From Podarcis muralis (taxonomy: Eukaryota): DNA of 64,000 nt. This document shows positions 1-11,540 of the stretch, one piece after another. The translations under genes were made by a program, and so were the position numbers. The notes under the pieces are model-generated. The model worked only from the letters and a program-made list of their open reading frames with translations. It was not told the DNA's origin and did no database searches. The stretch lies in the NCBI RefSeq assembly GCF_964188315.1, contig NC_135660.1, positions 64,666,001 through 64,730,000 on the forward strand, written 5' to 3'. The stretch's first letter is position 1; each line of letters begins with the position of its first letter.

Positions 1-313
1 CATGCTCCTTTTCCTTTTCCAGCTTGGAGAAAACAGCAGTTTTTGTTTACAACTTTGGTTTGTTGGGCTACCAAAACCAGGATATGAAACCATGGTTTGA
101 GGCTACTCGTTCTGAATTTCCTCTCCCCATGCACAAAGGAGGAAGGGAATAGAGTTACAGTGGGAAATAATTCTCCTAGCACATTTAAGCTAAATTGCCC
201 CCAGCCAGTTGTGTTCTATAAGGGCTGAACCTGAAGAAGTACTTTGCAGGTGTGTATTGATGTACATGTCCCAAGCCAGTGTGGTGACCGAGTGAGAAGC
301 TTGGTTGTTCTTT

Positions 314-757
314 GGGGAAGGGCCATAGCTCAGTGGTAGATCACCTGTTTTGCATGCAGATGGTTTCAAGTTCAATTCCTGGCATCTCCTGGTAGGGCTA
401 GGAAAGATTCCCTCTACCCTGGAGTGCCTTTGCGAGTCAGTGTAGACAATATTGAACTAGATGGACCAAGGATCTGATTCAGTGTAGAAGAAGAAAAGTG
501 GAGTTTGGATTTGATATGCCGCTTTATCACTATCCGAAGGAGTTTCAAAGCGGCTAACATTCTCCTTTCCCTTCCTCTCCCACAACAAACACTCTGTGAG
601 GTGAGTGGGGCTGAGAGACTTCAGAGGAGTGTGACTAGCCCAAGGTCACCCAGCAGCTGCATGTGGAGGAGCAGAGACGCAAACCCGGTTCACCAGATTA
701 CGAGTCTACCGCTCTTAACCACTACACCACACTGTAAAATAGCTTCCTATGTTTCCT
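314..757 (+). mobile_element. tRNA-headed SINE with CR1-type tail, interrupted by a MIR/CORE-type SINE
   Basis: Head ggggaagggccatagctcagtggtaga. Body ends ...gaactagatggaccaaggatctgattcagtgta, and the tail resumes after 734 as aaatagcttcctatgtttcc. Confidence 0.8.
501..734 (-). mobile_element. MIR/CORE-type squamate SINE (Squam3-like)
   Basis: Reverse complement begins cagtgtggtgtagtggttaagagc (tRNA A box), contains the CORE-like gggtgaccttgggctagtca, and ends in a (TTC)n-like tail. Confidence 0.8.
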
Positions 758-3125
758 TTATGACTGAACTTAGTCAATGTGTATTTCACTTTTAAATTCA
801 TTTGTTTTTATTTTAGTGATTTGTATACTTCTTAATCACAGTCATCTCTAAGTGTTGCACATGAGACTCGACACAATGAAACTCGAAATGAGTTAAGACA
901 ATAAAATCAGAATTCAGCTGAAAGCCTGTTGGAATAATAATAATAAGAATACATTTGAAGCAAATGCCGGATGTTCAGCAGGGAAGGTGCTTTGAAGTGA
1001 ATCAATTGGCAGAACCAAAATGCCTGGCAATTCATGACACAGGAGTAGAAATATATTTTGTTTGTTTCTCAGCCTGTCCTCGGCTCATGATATTTGTCGC
1101 ACTGAGCCTTGTTCCAGCATTCTCTCTGATAGGAATGGGGAAACTGGGGCTCTCCAGAAATTATTTTGAACTCCCAGCCAGCATGGTCAGTGGTCAGGAA
1201 TGATGGACGTTGAAGTCCAACAACATCTGCAGAACCACAGGTTCTCTGTCCCTGCTCACTGACATCACAAGGGATCTGGTTCCAGTATCTTCTCTGACAT
1301 TACTCCTAGAGTGCCCACCTCATCTTTGGTTCCTATAAAAGTTTTCCCAAAGCAACTGGTTGGGCGGCTTATGCAGTTTGGTCAGTTTTGCTCTCAGATG
1401 ACTATTTGCCCCATCTTTTGGTTTCCTGTGTACTCATTACTTCTGATAATGATAAAAAGTAATTATTTAGGCTGAAAGTATTGCATAAACAAAACCTTGA
1501 AGTCAGAACTCATTTCTTTGCGGCATTTTCTTGGTATAGCAAGCAACATTTCAGCTGATGTCAGATTACGAATCTAGTTGGCTCTCTCTTTCTCGGTTCA
1601 GCTCATTACGAATGTTTTCCATTATATTCATAAAATAAGCTCTTCACTTCTAAGCTGCTAAGCCAAATCAAGTTAATCATTTCCAGTGGTTTACTTTTGT
1701 CTCTCAACATCCCACACCTCCGGTCCTGACAATGGCACAACACTGAATTTTGTTTCCTACTCTCACCATTTGAGCCTTCCTTTATGAATCATTGTCGTGT
1801 GATACCTGTGGAATAAAACACCTTCGTCAGCAAGAGCTGGTGTCTACTGTATTTGAGCGCATGGGATCATACAATGAAAAGACCTGCTCAAACAGATATT
1901 TTAAATGTATTGGTCCAAAATGTCTTAGATGCATGGACATAGCAGGTGACAGAATTTCCTGTTCTAGAACAGGAACAGAACAGTGGGAATTGGAACAGTG
2001 TCTGAAGCAGCCTTCAACAATCTTGTGCCCTTCAGCCCCAGGGGATTATGGGGGTTGTAGCCCAAAACATCTGCAGGACACTTGAACTGAATATGAATGC
2101 TGGGATTTATAGCTCCATCAGGGTAAACTTTGGTCACCAGGATTCTTTGGCAGGGGGATTTGCCTTTAATTGATTTACCTTAAATCACAGGGTGTCAAGG
2201 CTCTGCCAAGGCTTCAGGAAAGCTACTCCTCCCTGGTTGCAGCAAGAGCAGAGAAAACAAGGAGAGTCCTTTTTAATGAGTTTTATTCAATTCTAATAGT
2301 GAGAGACAAAAGAACACAACAAGCCTTAGCATGGCGTTGCTCCAAACTGGGCTCCTCCTCCCTCCTTCCTAGCAACAGCATCTTGCCTTACGGTGGCCAC
2401 TTGTGATCAAATGTCTTTGAGTCCTTTTTCCCTGATAACTGTGGATGAGCCCTGAGTGACTTGATAACGGTGTTTTGTACATATATGGGTTTAAAAATGC
2501 TTAGCTATTCCATGCTGAGATGAAAACATACCAGGATTCCAATTGCTGTCAGTACATTGAATGACCTTGTCACAACCCTGACTTCCACCAGGCCACTGTT
2601 TGTTTGTTTGTTTGTTTGTATGGAATATTTATACCAGAACCATCTTGGCAATTGCCTTCCACTTCCTTTGCAGGACAAATGGACGGAATACTGCTTGAAT
2701 AATTTACCTTAGTGAAGGGGCTAATCTCAACATTAAAAATATAATAATGGCAGGAGAGATGTATATTCCGAGAGGGGCTGGTGTCCCATTGACTCCCATA
2801 GCTATGGGTATGGAGCATAACTGCAATGAGAAGCTGTATTGGCCTCACTAAGGGCTCTTCCATACTTCCTTTGGTGCCATGTTTCTAGGCACAGGTCAGC
2901 ATTTTAAAAAATATGTGTGTGAGGATTTTTTTCTTGCCCCAACACAAAAACCTGCTGTTTATCACTGAAGCTGGTGAAAGTAAGAGGGCAAAAAAATTAA
3001 AAAGTGCTCAGACAATAGAGGTTTGTTTTATTTTATTTTAAAAATAATTTGTATTGGTTTTACAAATACAAAATACAAATAAACACAAACTAGTAAAAAA
3101 CATATCTATAATGATGATGATGATG

Positions 3126-3126
<1 letters not shown>

Positions 3127-3181
<55 letters not shown>

Positions 3182-3290
3182 TTATTATTTATACCCCACC
3201 CATCTGGCTGGGCTTCCCCAGCCACTCTGGGCAGCTTCCAAAAGAACATTAAAATACTGTGATACATCAAACATTAAAAGCTTCCCTGAA
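3127..3290 (-). mobile_element. L2-type LINE 3' end with (AAT)n tail
   Basis: (AAT)n followed by tttattatttataccccacccatctggctgggcttccccagccactctgggcagcttcc. The same motif recurs near 56.4 kb and 61.55 kb. Confidence 0.75.
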
Positions 3291-6200
3291 TCTTGAGACT
3301 CCCCCCCCCCCATTCCTTCCTTGGAGTCTTATTTTAAGCTTCTACAGCTGCATATTCATCCATATTCCAATTTTTATATTAAACCATATTGTCCATAGTA
3401 TTTTTTCCACCACAAGTGAGTCAAAATTCTGCTCTTGTTTCCATCTGCTTGCAGTGGTCTCCTGGGTAACTTTTATTTTTTTCCCATTGTTTTATATTTT
3501 TTCTCTCCTCTTTTCCCTTTTCCAGTCAGCTTTGCCATCTCAGCATAGACCACCAGCTTGATTTGCCATTCTTCTCTGGTGGGGATTTTGTCTTCTTTCC
3601 AGCTCTGGGCTAATAGCATCCGAGCAGCTGTTGTTCCATACATAAAGAGTCTTTTGTGCTCCTTTGGAATATTGGTACCTGTAATTCCTAGTAAGAAGCT
3701 ACTGGGGGGGGGGGGAATGCTTAAAATAACTTTTGTTAAGAAACCAGAAGCTTTCGGACAATAGAGGTTGAAAGCGTGACCTGTGCCTAGAAAGGGATGG
3801 GTGGAAGATAACTGTGGATCAGTTAACCCCTACAGACCCAAACACATGCTTGTATGTGCTGTTCAGTGAGCTGCTCTTGCGTGCTGCTGTCCTCGGCAGT
3901 GGAGCCACTTCTGGTTAGCAGTCCTGGTATAAATATTCCATACAAACAAACAAACAGTGGCCTGGTGGAAGCCAGGAATAACTTCCATATGAACCTCCTC
4001 CAAAATAAAGGTTTATGAAGAAAGCTGGGTTTCCTCTTCCAATCTGCATGGAAGAAGCTGGGTCTTTTAGTCATGGCGGCAGAGGTTTTGTTGTTTATCC
4101 TCTTCCCTTGTGACATTCTGGAGGAAAGATAAAACCTGCTGCATTTTGGGGAGGTAATCCCTTTGGGTTGTTTCTCATTTGTTTTGATCATTAGGATTAT
4201 TTTGTCACCATTTTATTCGTGTGTGTTTTTTTAAGAACAGTTTTTAATGTGTACACTCCTTTGGATATTTATGGCAGCCCCTAAATCTTGGCAAAGAAAC
4301 TCTCTAAAGGACCTAGGGCATTAATGTGAAAGAATAGCAATAAATTGGAAAGTGGTGTGTTGAACCATATGGTTGGGGTTGACGTCTGCCAACTTTCGAG
4401 TGCCCTTGGAGCCATTGGCCTCTGCTTACTCAGCCTGTGGAGGAGTAGACAGCAGATGGGAAGCATTGCAATTGCTACCAAGAAATTGATGCTCTTCTCG
4501 GGAAGCAAGCTGTTGCCATCTTCCTTGGAAATTTACACACATTCTTTGCATGTGAAGTGTAGTAGGCCTAAAATAAGTCATTACGTGATATCATTATGTG
4601 GTTGATGACCGTCACACAAACAACCTTTGGGCTGTTAACTCTGGTTTTAAGAACACATCCCAAGAAGCTGTTTTAGACCAAACCAGAACGTCTAGCTCAG
4701 CATAGTCTACCCTGACTTGATGAAACTTTACAGTTTCTCTCCAGGTTTTTCTGATGGGGTCTCTCCCTGTCCTACCTGGAGATTCCTGGCATTCAGCCTG
4801 TGACCTTCTGCTTGCAAAACAGGTGTCTTGTCACTAAAGCCCCTCATTAAAATCCCACTTCCCCAAACTGGAAGTTTGGAGATTTCCCCCCCATTTTTTC
4901 CCCAATTGCAGAGTTTTTCATGTGAAACCATACACTACTGTATCCTCCAGTGTTTCATAAAAATAGGGACACACTTGTATTGCCCCCATTTCTAACTAAA
5001 GCCTCCATTCCTTTCTGCACAGTGCTATTTTTTGTGTGATGGCACAAAGTACTGACACCTCCCATTTTTTTGCTGACACACACAGCATTTTTATCAAGAG
5101 TACCGGCACCTCATTTTTTCACCAAAAAGATAAAGTACTGCTTATACAATATTTAACTGCTATGTGTGGTATTCTTTTGCTCCCCAATATCCTACCCTCT
5201 GCCAGAAGCTAAAAGCAGGGCTGGTCCAAGACATTTTGCCAGGACAAAATGGCACCCCACCCTCATTACACATACAAAGGTTGTCTGGACTGATATTTGA
5301 GCTTGACTCCAACACGGGTGGTTGAACAGATCAGGTTGGACAGATCAGGTAGTTGAACAGATCAGAGGACAGCAGCATAGCTTACAGGGCTCGGGGCAGT
5401 CTGCAAGGCACACATAGTGTTGTACTCTACCTGAAGAAAAGAGCTTTGGGCAGTGGCTTCAGGAGGAATGACTGGCTGCTGCCACAGCTGCAGGATTTCG
5501 AGAGGACATTTGCACAAAGTCCTACCTAAACTGGCACTAAAGTCTCCTGGGAAGATAACTTTGCCGATGTGAGAAGTAGAGCAGTGCCAATGCTTCTCCA
5601 AGCCAATGCTTTTCTCATGTGTATTTTATTTCTATTGTTCAGTAAACAAGTCCCAGGGCCAAAACACAAAGTCATTTTTATAGTGATTTTTCTGACAGCA
5701 AATCCAGTATTTTAGTGCTTCAAGGACATTCGGAACAATGTATTTTTAAAAAATTTGCCACAGCTTACTGATTGCAAGCTGGGTGGTGTCCAGGTTCCCA
5801 CTCATGGCTGTGGCCAGATCAGACAAGAACAGGGTTTATGCACAAACAGCCCAATGACATGATGACTTTTATTGCAGATAAGTGGTTTATTGAGGAAGTT
5901 TACATGTTAGGACAAACCCTACTGATGTTGCATACATGAAATAATGGCGGAAAGGGGAAGAATTTATGATGTGGAATAATTCAAAGTAGCTGAATAAAAA
6001 AGGGAGGACTATAAAGAGGTGAGCATTCATGTGGAGCATGTGACCATCATGATCCAAGCAACCTTTTCTTTTATAACATGGGTGGGGAACCTTTATCAGA
6101 GGGCCATGTTTCCTTCTGGGCAAGCTTCCAGGGGACACATGGGTATAAGTGGGAAGAATAACAAATGTCAACTTGACCTTTCTACAGTAGGCTAGTTTTA

Positions 6201-7167
6201 CCACCCTCTATCCTTAATCCAGGCAAGGGTCATGGTCAGAGTTCAAGGACAAAAAGACTCAATGAAGGAACAAAGGAGGGCTGGTGAGTGATGTGGCCTA
6301 GGAAGGAGAAGGGTGACTGAAGAGGAGGTGTAACCTGGGGCAAATCCCAAGGGCTAGACAGGGGCATAGAGGGATGTGTTTGGCCTCCAGACCTGAGGTT
6401 TCCAACCCCTGTTCTATAAGTGGCCTTAAGTCACTAAAAAGACTTTCGTATCCTTGGTCTTCTGAACTACCGTAATTCATGGGTTGAATGAAGAAAGCAG
6501 GATATTTTGGCTGGAAGATGCTATGGCAAACCCCATGCTGGTGAGCTCTGTGGAGCTTGTCAGCTTTAGAAAGGCTAAGCAAATCAATCCCTTAAGCTTA
6601 AGCCAAGAAAGAATATTCGTTATGAAATTGAATATCAATACACATGTCAAGGCTTTGAGATTAGACCACTGAAGAAGCCCGGAAAACTACCTTGGGAGTG
6701 TGCTACCTGCAAGCCCCAGTAGAAGGGCCCCATCAGGGGTGAACAGCAGCCTTACTTGGACTGCCAGGGTGAAACAGGTGCAAAACGCCAGCACCCTGTC
6801 TACAACTTCATTAACATCCATCTACAACTTCACTAGCATCTCTCAGTATTGTGAACAACATCAAACTTACCCTTTGTTAGTATCTTTATGAACTTACCTA
6901 AAAATATAAAGAAAACAAGAGACTGAGTTAAGCATTTGAAAAATCCATCAAAACCAGACATTATAAGTTCATCTTAAGTTGGGTTGTTCCTAAGTCTCCG
7001 TGGCTTTACACAAGGTTTTGTATTTTTCTCAAAAGATTGATAAAGAATGTATAATTATTTTGGTAATTATTGTATGTATATTAGTCACCAATGTGTTGCA
7101 TGAGTCGTACCATTTCTATCAGCAGCACAGGTTGCATTTTTCTAGCATTGGAAATGCCATCTGGCAG

Positions 7168-7370
7168 TCTGCTGGTCAGGGGTGGAGCAAGGTGGGGGCG
7201 GATCGCCCTGGGTGTCATCACTGAGGGGGGTGACATTTGGCTCGCCGCCTGCCTGTGACTCCCACCTACCCCAAGTCATCTTGGGAAGGGTGGGAGCTGC
7301 AGTGCTTTGCCGGCGGCTTTCCCCCCTTCTGCCTTCATTTTGACAGCCCCACATTCCCAGGCTGCTGGAG

Positions 7371-7415
<45 letters not shown>

Positions 7416-7720
7416 AGAGGATGGGAAGGAGGCAGGCGAGCAAACAAACAAGCGGAGGGTGGAGTGAAGGAGAGAAACAGAAGCTTCCTCAACTCAGGAC
7501 CCAAACCCTGTAACCCCCCAAAAGCTCAATAACTTTGGTCAATCGTTCCCTTTAAAAAGCTGAACAGCTCCTGGCAATGACAATGGTTGGATCACAGCCA
7601 GTCTGTGAGTAGTTCGCAGTCTCTTGGGAGTCCAACTAGATTTCAATGTGTGTGTGTGTGGGGGGGGGGGGTTACAATAAATTTTCTGCACCGGGTACCA
7701 CCACTGCTGCTGGTACTCGA
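7168..7720. mobile_element. Probable non-autonomous DNA element with internal (GGCA)n
   Basis: Starts caggggtggagcaaggtgggggcggatcgccctgggtgtca, a common squamate repeat start. Boundaries are approximate. Confidence 0.35.
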
Positions 7721-8303
7721 TTGTTGGATTTTGCAAGTTGAAACTGAGATGAGCAGATAATGGGAGAGGTGCCCCTTCAAATACTTGGCCCCTAAGATGT
7801 TTAGTACTTTATAAAGTGAGCACCTAACACCAGATCTGGTATTGCCAATAGCAGCTTCTTAAGGATTGCTGACATACAATCCCAACTTGCAGCACCGATC
7901 AGTAACCTGGCAGTCACATTCTGCTCCAGCTGCAGCTTCCAAACAGTTTTCAAGGTCAGCCCCAGATAGAGTGCATTGCGGTAGTCTAGATGTAGCTACC
8001 ACGACATGCACTACTGTAGCTAGGTTAGAGAGGGCCACGCCTGGCAAGCTCCTTGCCAGTGGGGTTACCTGAATCTCAGATGACAATGATGTCCCTAGAA
8101 AGCTATGAACATTTTCCTTCAGGAGGAATGCAACTCCATCCAGAGCAGGCCATCTACTGACCTCCTGGACCTGGAAATGGCCCACTATCAGTGACTCTGT
8201 CTAATTAAGATTCAGGTTATTGGCTCTCACCCATTGCTGCTTCCAGACAGCAGAGCAGCCTCTCCTGATTTTGGTGGAAAGCAGATATAGAGTTGGGTGT
8301 CAA

Positions 8304-8362
8304 AAGAAGAAGAAGAAGAAGAAGAAGAAGAAGAAGAAGAAGAAGAAGAAGAAGAAGAAGAA
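8304..8362. repeat. (AAG)n microsatellite
   Basis: Pure trinucleotide run; explains the poly-Lys ORF. Confidence 0.98.
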
Positions 8363-8439
8363 TTGGGAGGAAACAAGCCACCACTCACTTTTCTGTTCCC
8401 TGCCCAGGCCCTTATATCATTAAACCAGTATAAATGCTA

Positions 8440-8620
8440 AGCAGATGAACAGAAGTGTCCAGTGCAACTGTCTGGCATCTGTCCTGCAAATAGGAATTGA
8501 ACCACTGTGATATGGTGTCTCTAGTTCCAGAACTTCTGAGCTGATCAAAAAGAGCCAACAGGTCACATTCCCCCCATATCTCCCCAGAAAAAGGAGAGAG
8601 CAACAGCATTGTCAGGAGGG
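8440..8620 (-). mobile_element. Decayed L2 reverse-transcriptase fragment
   Basis: Translation LRSSGTRDTISQWFNSYLQDRCQTVAL resembles the L2 RT segment LxxLG(I/V)xGTxLxWFxSYLxxRxQxVxL. Confidence 0.7.
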
Positions 8621-9450
8621 TACTATCTCCCCCACTGCTGAGCAGGACATTATTGAACTGATTTTGATGGCCTTGTCCCAAAGTTTGGTGGTAGCAAGCT
8701 GATGACTTCTCCATTTCTTCACCCAGCTAGTGTGAGCATGCACAGAAGTATGTTATATTGCAAAACTCAGCTCTTTCCTCAACTAGAAACTTCCCCTGCA
8801 TCCTCAGCCTACCTCACACATTGGGAACAACAGGCTTTAATTAATTGCATGCTATTGTTGGTTAAAAGCTTTCAAGCACCTCTCAGAATTTAAAAAGTCA
8901 ATTATTACAGCTTAGACAGTTATGGTGATTTATTGTGGATTACTATTGTCCCTTTGTTTGTCCTGGAGTTTTTCTGCTTCTGAAATGACTCACAGTTATC
9001 ATAAGCCCTCAACACGGTCACTGTCTATATTGTCTTTCTTTGATTAGATCCAAACTTTAAACCTATTTGTGGTTGTGCCAGCTTGTTAAAACCATTTGGC
9101 TCCATTCTTGTGAAGCAGCCTGAATAATACTCTTTGGAGGCAGCGAGATATTAGCCAAAAGAAATTTAAAGGGCAAAAGAGAGAGAATGTACAAGCAGAA
9201 TTCCAGCGGGAAATGAGTGGTAGGCTCAACAGAGACTTACTGGAAGAAACAGATTGGCAGTCCCTGTGGGAAAACAGCTGAAAACTGGCTGATTCCCAGT
9301 GAACTTTGTTTTCTCCATAAATGGACAGATACCAAGAAACAAACAACTCTCACTTATCATATTCTTTTTTCCATGCTCAGCCCTTATTGGACTCCCCCCC
9401 CCCCCCGGTTGCATCTCCCCATTATGTACCCATTATGGTGTGGGTGATTG

Positions 9451-9752
9451 CATACCCTCCAATATTTAGCCAGTGAAAATAGGGACATTCTATTCAATCA
9501 TCATCATCTTATATTAAAAATATAATAAAACATTATGAAACTTCCCTGTACATGGCTGCCTTCAGATGTCTTCTAAAGGTTGTAAAGTTACTTATCTTCT
9601 TGGTTTGGGGGCTGCATAACTCCATACCCTCCAACATTTGAAATAGGGACATTCTAAGGAAAAGTGGGACATTCTGGGATCAACTAAGAAACCAGGATGG
9701 CCTCTGTAAATACGGGACTGTCCATGGAAAATAAGGGCACTTGGAGGGTCTG
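9451..9752. mobile_element. Non-autonomous TIR element (TIR CAkACCCTCCAA) carrying an internal L2-like piece
   Basis: Ends cataccctccaa ... ttggagggtctg (1 mismatch in 12). The left terminus is repeated internally near 9622. Confidence 0.6.
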
Positions 9753-11103
9753 TGTGTGTTTTGTTGTTGTTGTTTGGTACTCCCAGCCACCTTCTTTTTT
9801 AAATTTATATTTATATTTATATATAAATATAAATATACATCTATTGCTATAATACAATAATAAGGGGTTAAGAGTAATAAGGAAAAGAGGGGATGGAACA
9901 AAAAGGAATAGTAACATTGTGAATACACAGGGTCCATCATTCAATAATTTGGTAATTAGGATACAAGACATTCCCATTATATATTAGCTTTATCAGCAGG
10001 GCCACCTGCCATGTTTTCTTCAGCCATTCTGCAGCAAAGGTTCTCCCTTCAACACAACTTTTGAAAGGTACAGGAGTTCCATCCTTTCCTGTATCAGGTC
10101 ACCCCAAGTCAAAGAGGGGGAACCTGAGGCCCTTCAGAAGTAGTAGGACTCTTAACGATAAATTGTCAAGCATAAGGTGAGTGACAGGTGCCCTTCCCAA
10201 GGCCTAGGTGCAGCAAATTTACTCAAGAAACCTTGAACTGCTTGCAGTTAGAAAAGTGACAGGAAAATGCACTGTGTGAGATGAATGAATAATTAATGGG
10301 TAGGTGCATAAAGACCCCAGAAACAAATCAGGATGAATGCAGGATATATGCTTATTGTTATATAGTCACCCCTGCAAACAAATCAGAATGAAGGCTCAGT
10401 AAAGAGCAAATACAATCTAATCTTTTCATAATAATCTGTGTAACAAATCAGGATGAATGCTCAATAAACAGGATGTTGAGAGGAGCACTTCTGAGATCAG
10501 AGTGTAAGATTTGGCTTGAAAATCTTTTTTTTAACCTTCTAGAGAAGGCAATATCCTAAAGTGGTATAACTGATTGGAAATATATTAGCTACGAAGTTTT
10601 CATATAGAAGTTTCCCAAAAATGTATTTTGAGCCAAAGCTCTTTGTCAGGGACAATGTAGTGATAAAAAGTCCAATTTTTAATTTTTTTAAATTAAAAAA
10701 TATTTAAATTTGGAAGTAAGAAAAATTACGTGTTTGTTTATTTAGTTATTAAGAAGTAGTAAAATGTAGGCATCATTACTATATCACAGTGGGAATGATC
10801 CAGTCCAGTCTGAGCACTTTTGTTTTCATGGGTCTGAATGTCAGTTACACATGTGAGTTACATAACTGACCTCCTGAAATCACCTCCATGTGTAGTGTGT
10901 CTGTACATGACTGCAGTGCTGAGAGAGAACATGGAGATAACACTGACCATTCGTGCAAATAAGTTTCACTTTTAGAGCAAGAAATGAATGCATCTAACAG
11001 CTCTCCTCTTGATTGTGCAGGCAAAAACTACAGGCATAAACTGGTCCAAAGTTATGATATAAAGACGGCCCACGGTAGAGTAGAATGAACTAGATGCAGA
11101 GCA

Positions 11104-11540
11104 TGTTAGAATTCCTGCTCCATGATTTCAGTCATGGGATTGTTGTCTGTTACATGACGGTGTATGTTTTGACTTCACAGAGTGGGAAGTGACGGAGACA
11201 GGTTGTTTGTGTTACTGTGTTCCGTGACGTGGGACTATTGTCCTTTGTTCTTTTTTCTCTTTGCTGTCTCATGCTAGAGAGAGAGGGAGCCATGTTGCAG
11301 TGCTCCATGTGTGTTTATATGTAAATAAAGTAGATTAGCCAAAATGCTGAGTTGCTGAGGTCTGTTACGCATGATGTGCAAACTGTGCAGATCCCTAAGT
11401 GTGCCGGTGTCGATTGGCATCGGTCGCTGTGATGTTTGGGCTGAAGAAAGCTTATGAAGCTCCTGAACAATCGACCAGGAGGGAGAGAACATGCCAGTCG
11501 GGCATGTGTCTCTGCCAGGGTCCTACTCGAGTGTATGACA
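11104..11540 (+). mobile_element. Solo LTR (437 bp, probably Gypsy-type) with 5-bp TSD GAGCA
   Basis: gagca|TGTTAG ... TATGACA|gagca. Internal AATAAA near 11324. Confidence 0.88.

Noticed and set aside
6588-6720. Short frame KPRKNIRYEIEYQYTCQGFEIRPLKKPGKLPWECATCK resembling a PHD or zinc-ribbon end
   Set aside because: Bounded by stops with no start or splice support; a W-x-C-x2-C match alone is too weak.
10321-10460. Repeat-spacer pattern reminiscent of CRISPR
   Set aside because: Vertebrate DNA, only three imperfect copies, uneven spacers and no cas genes.
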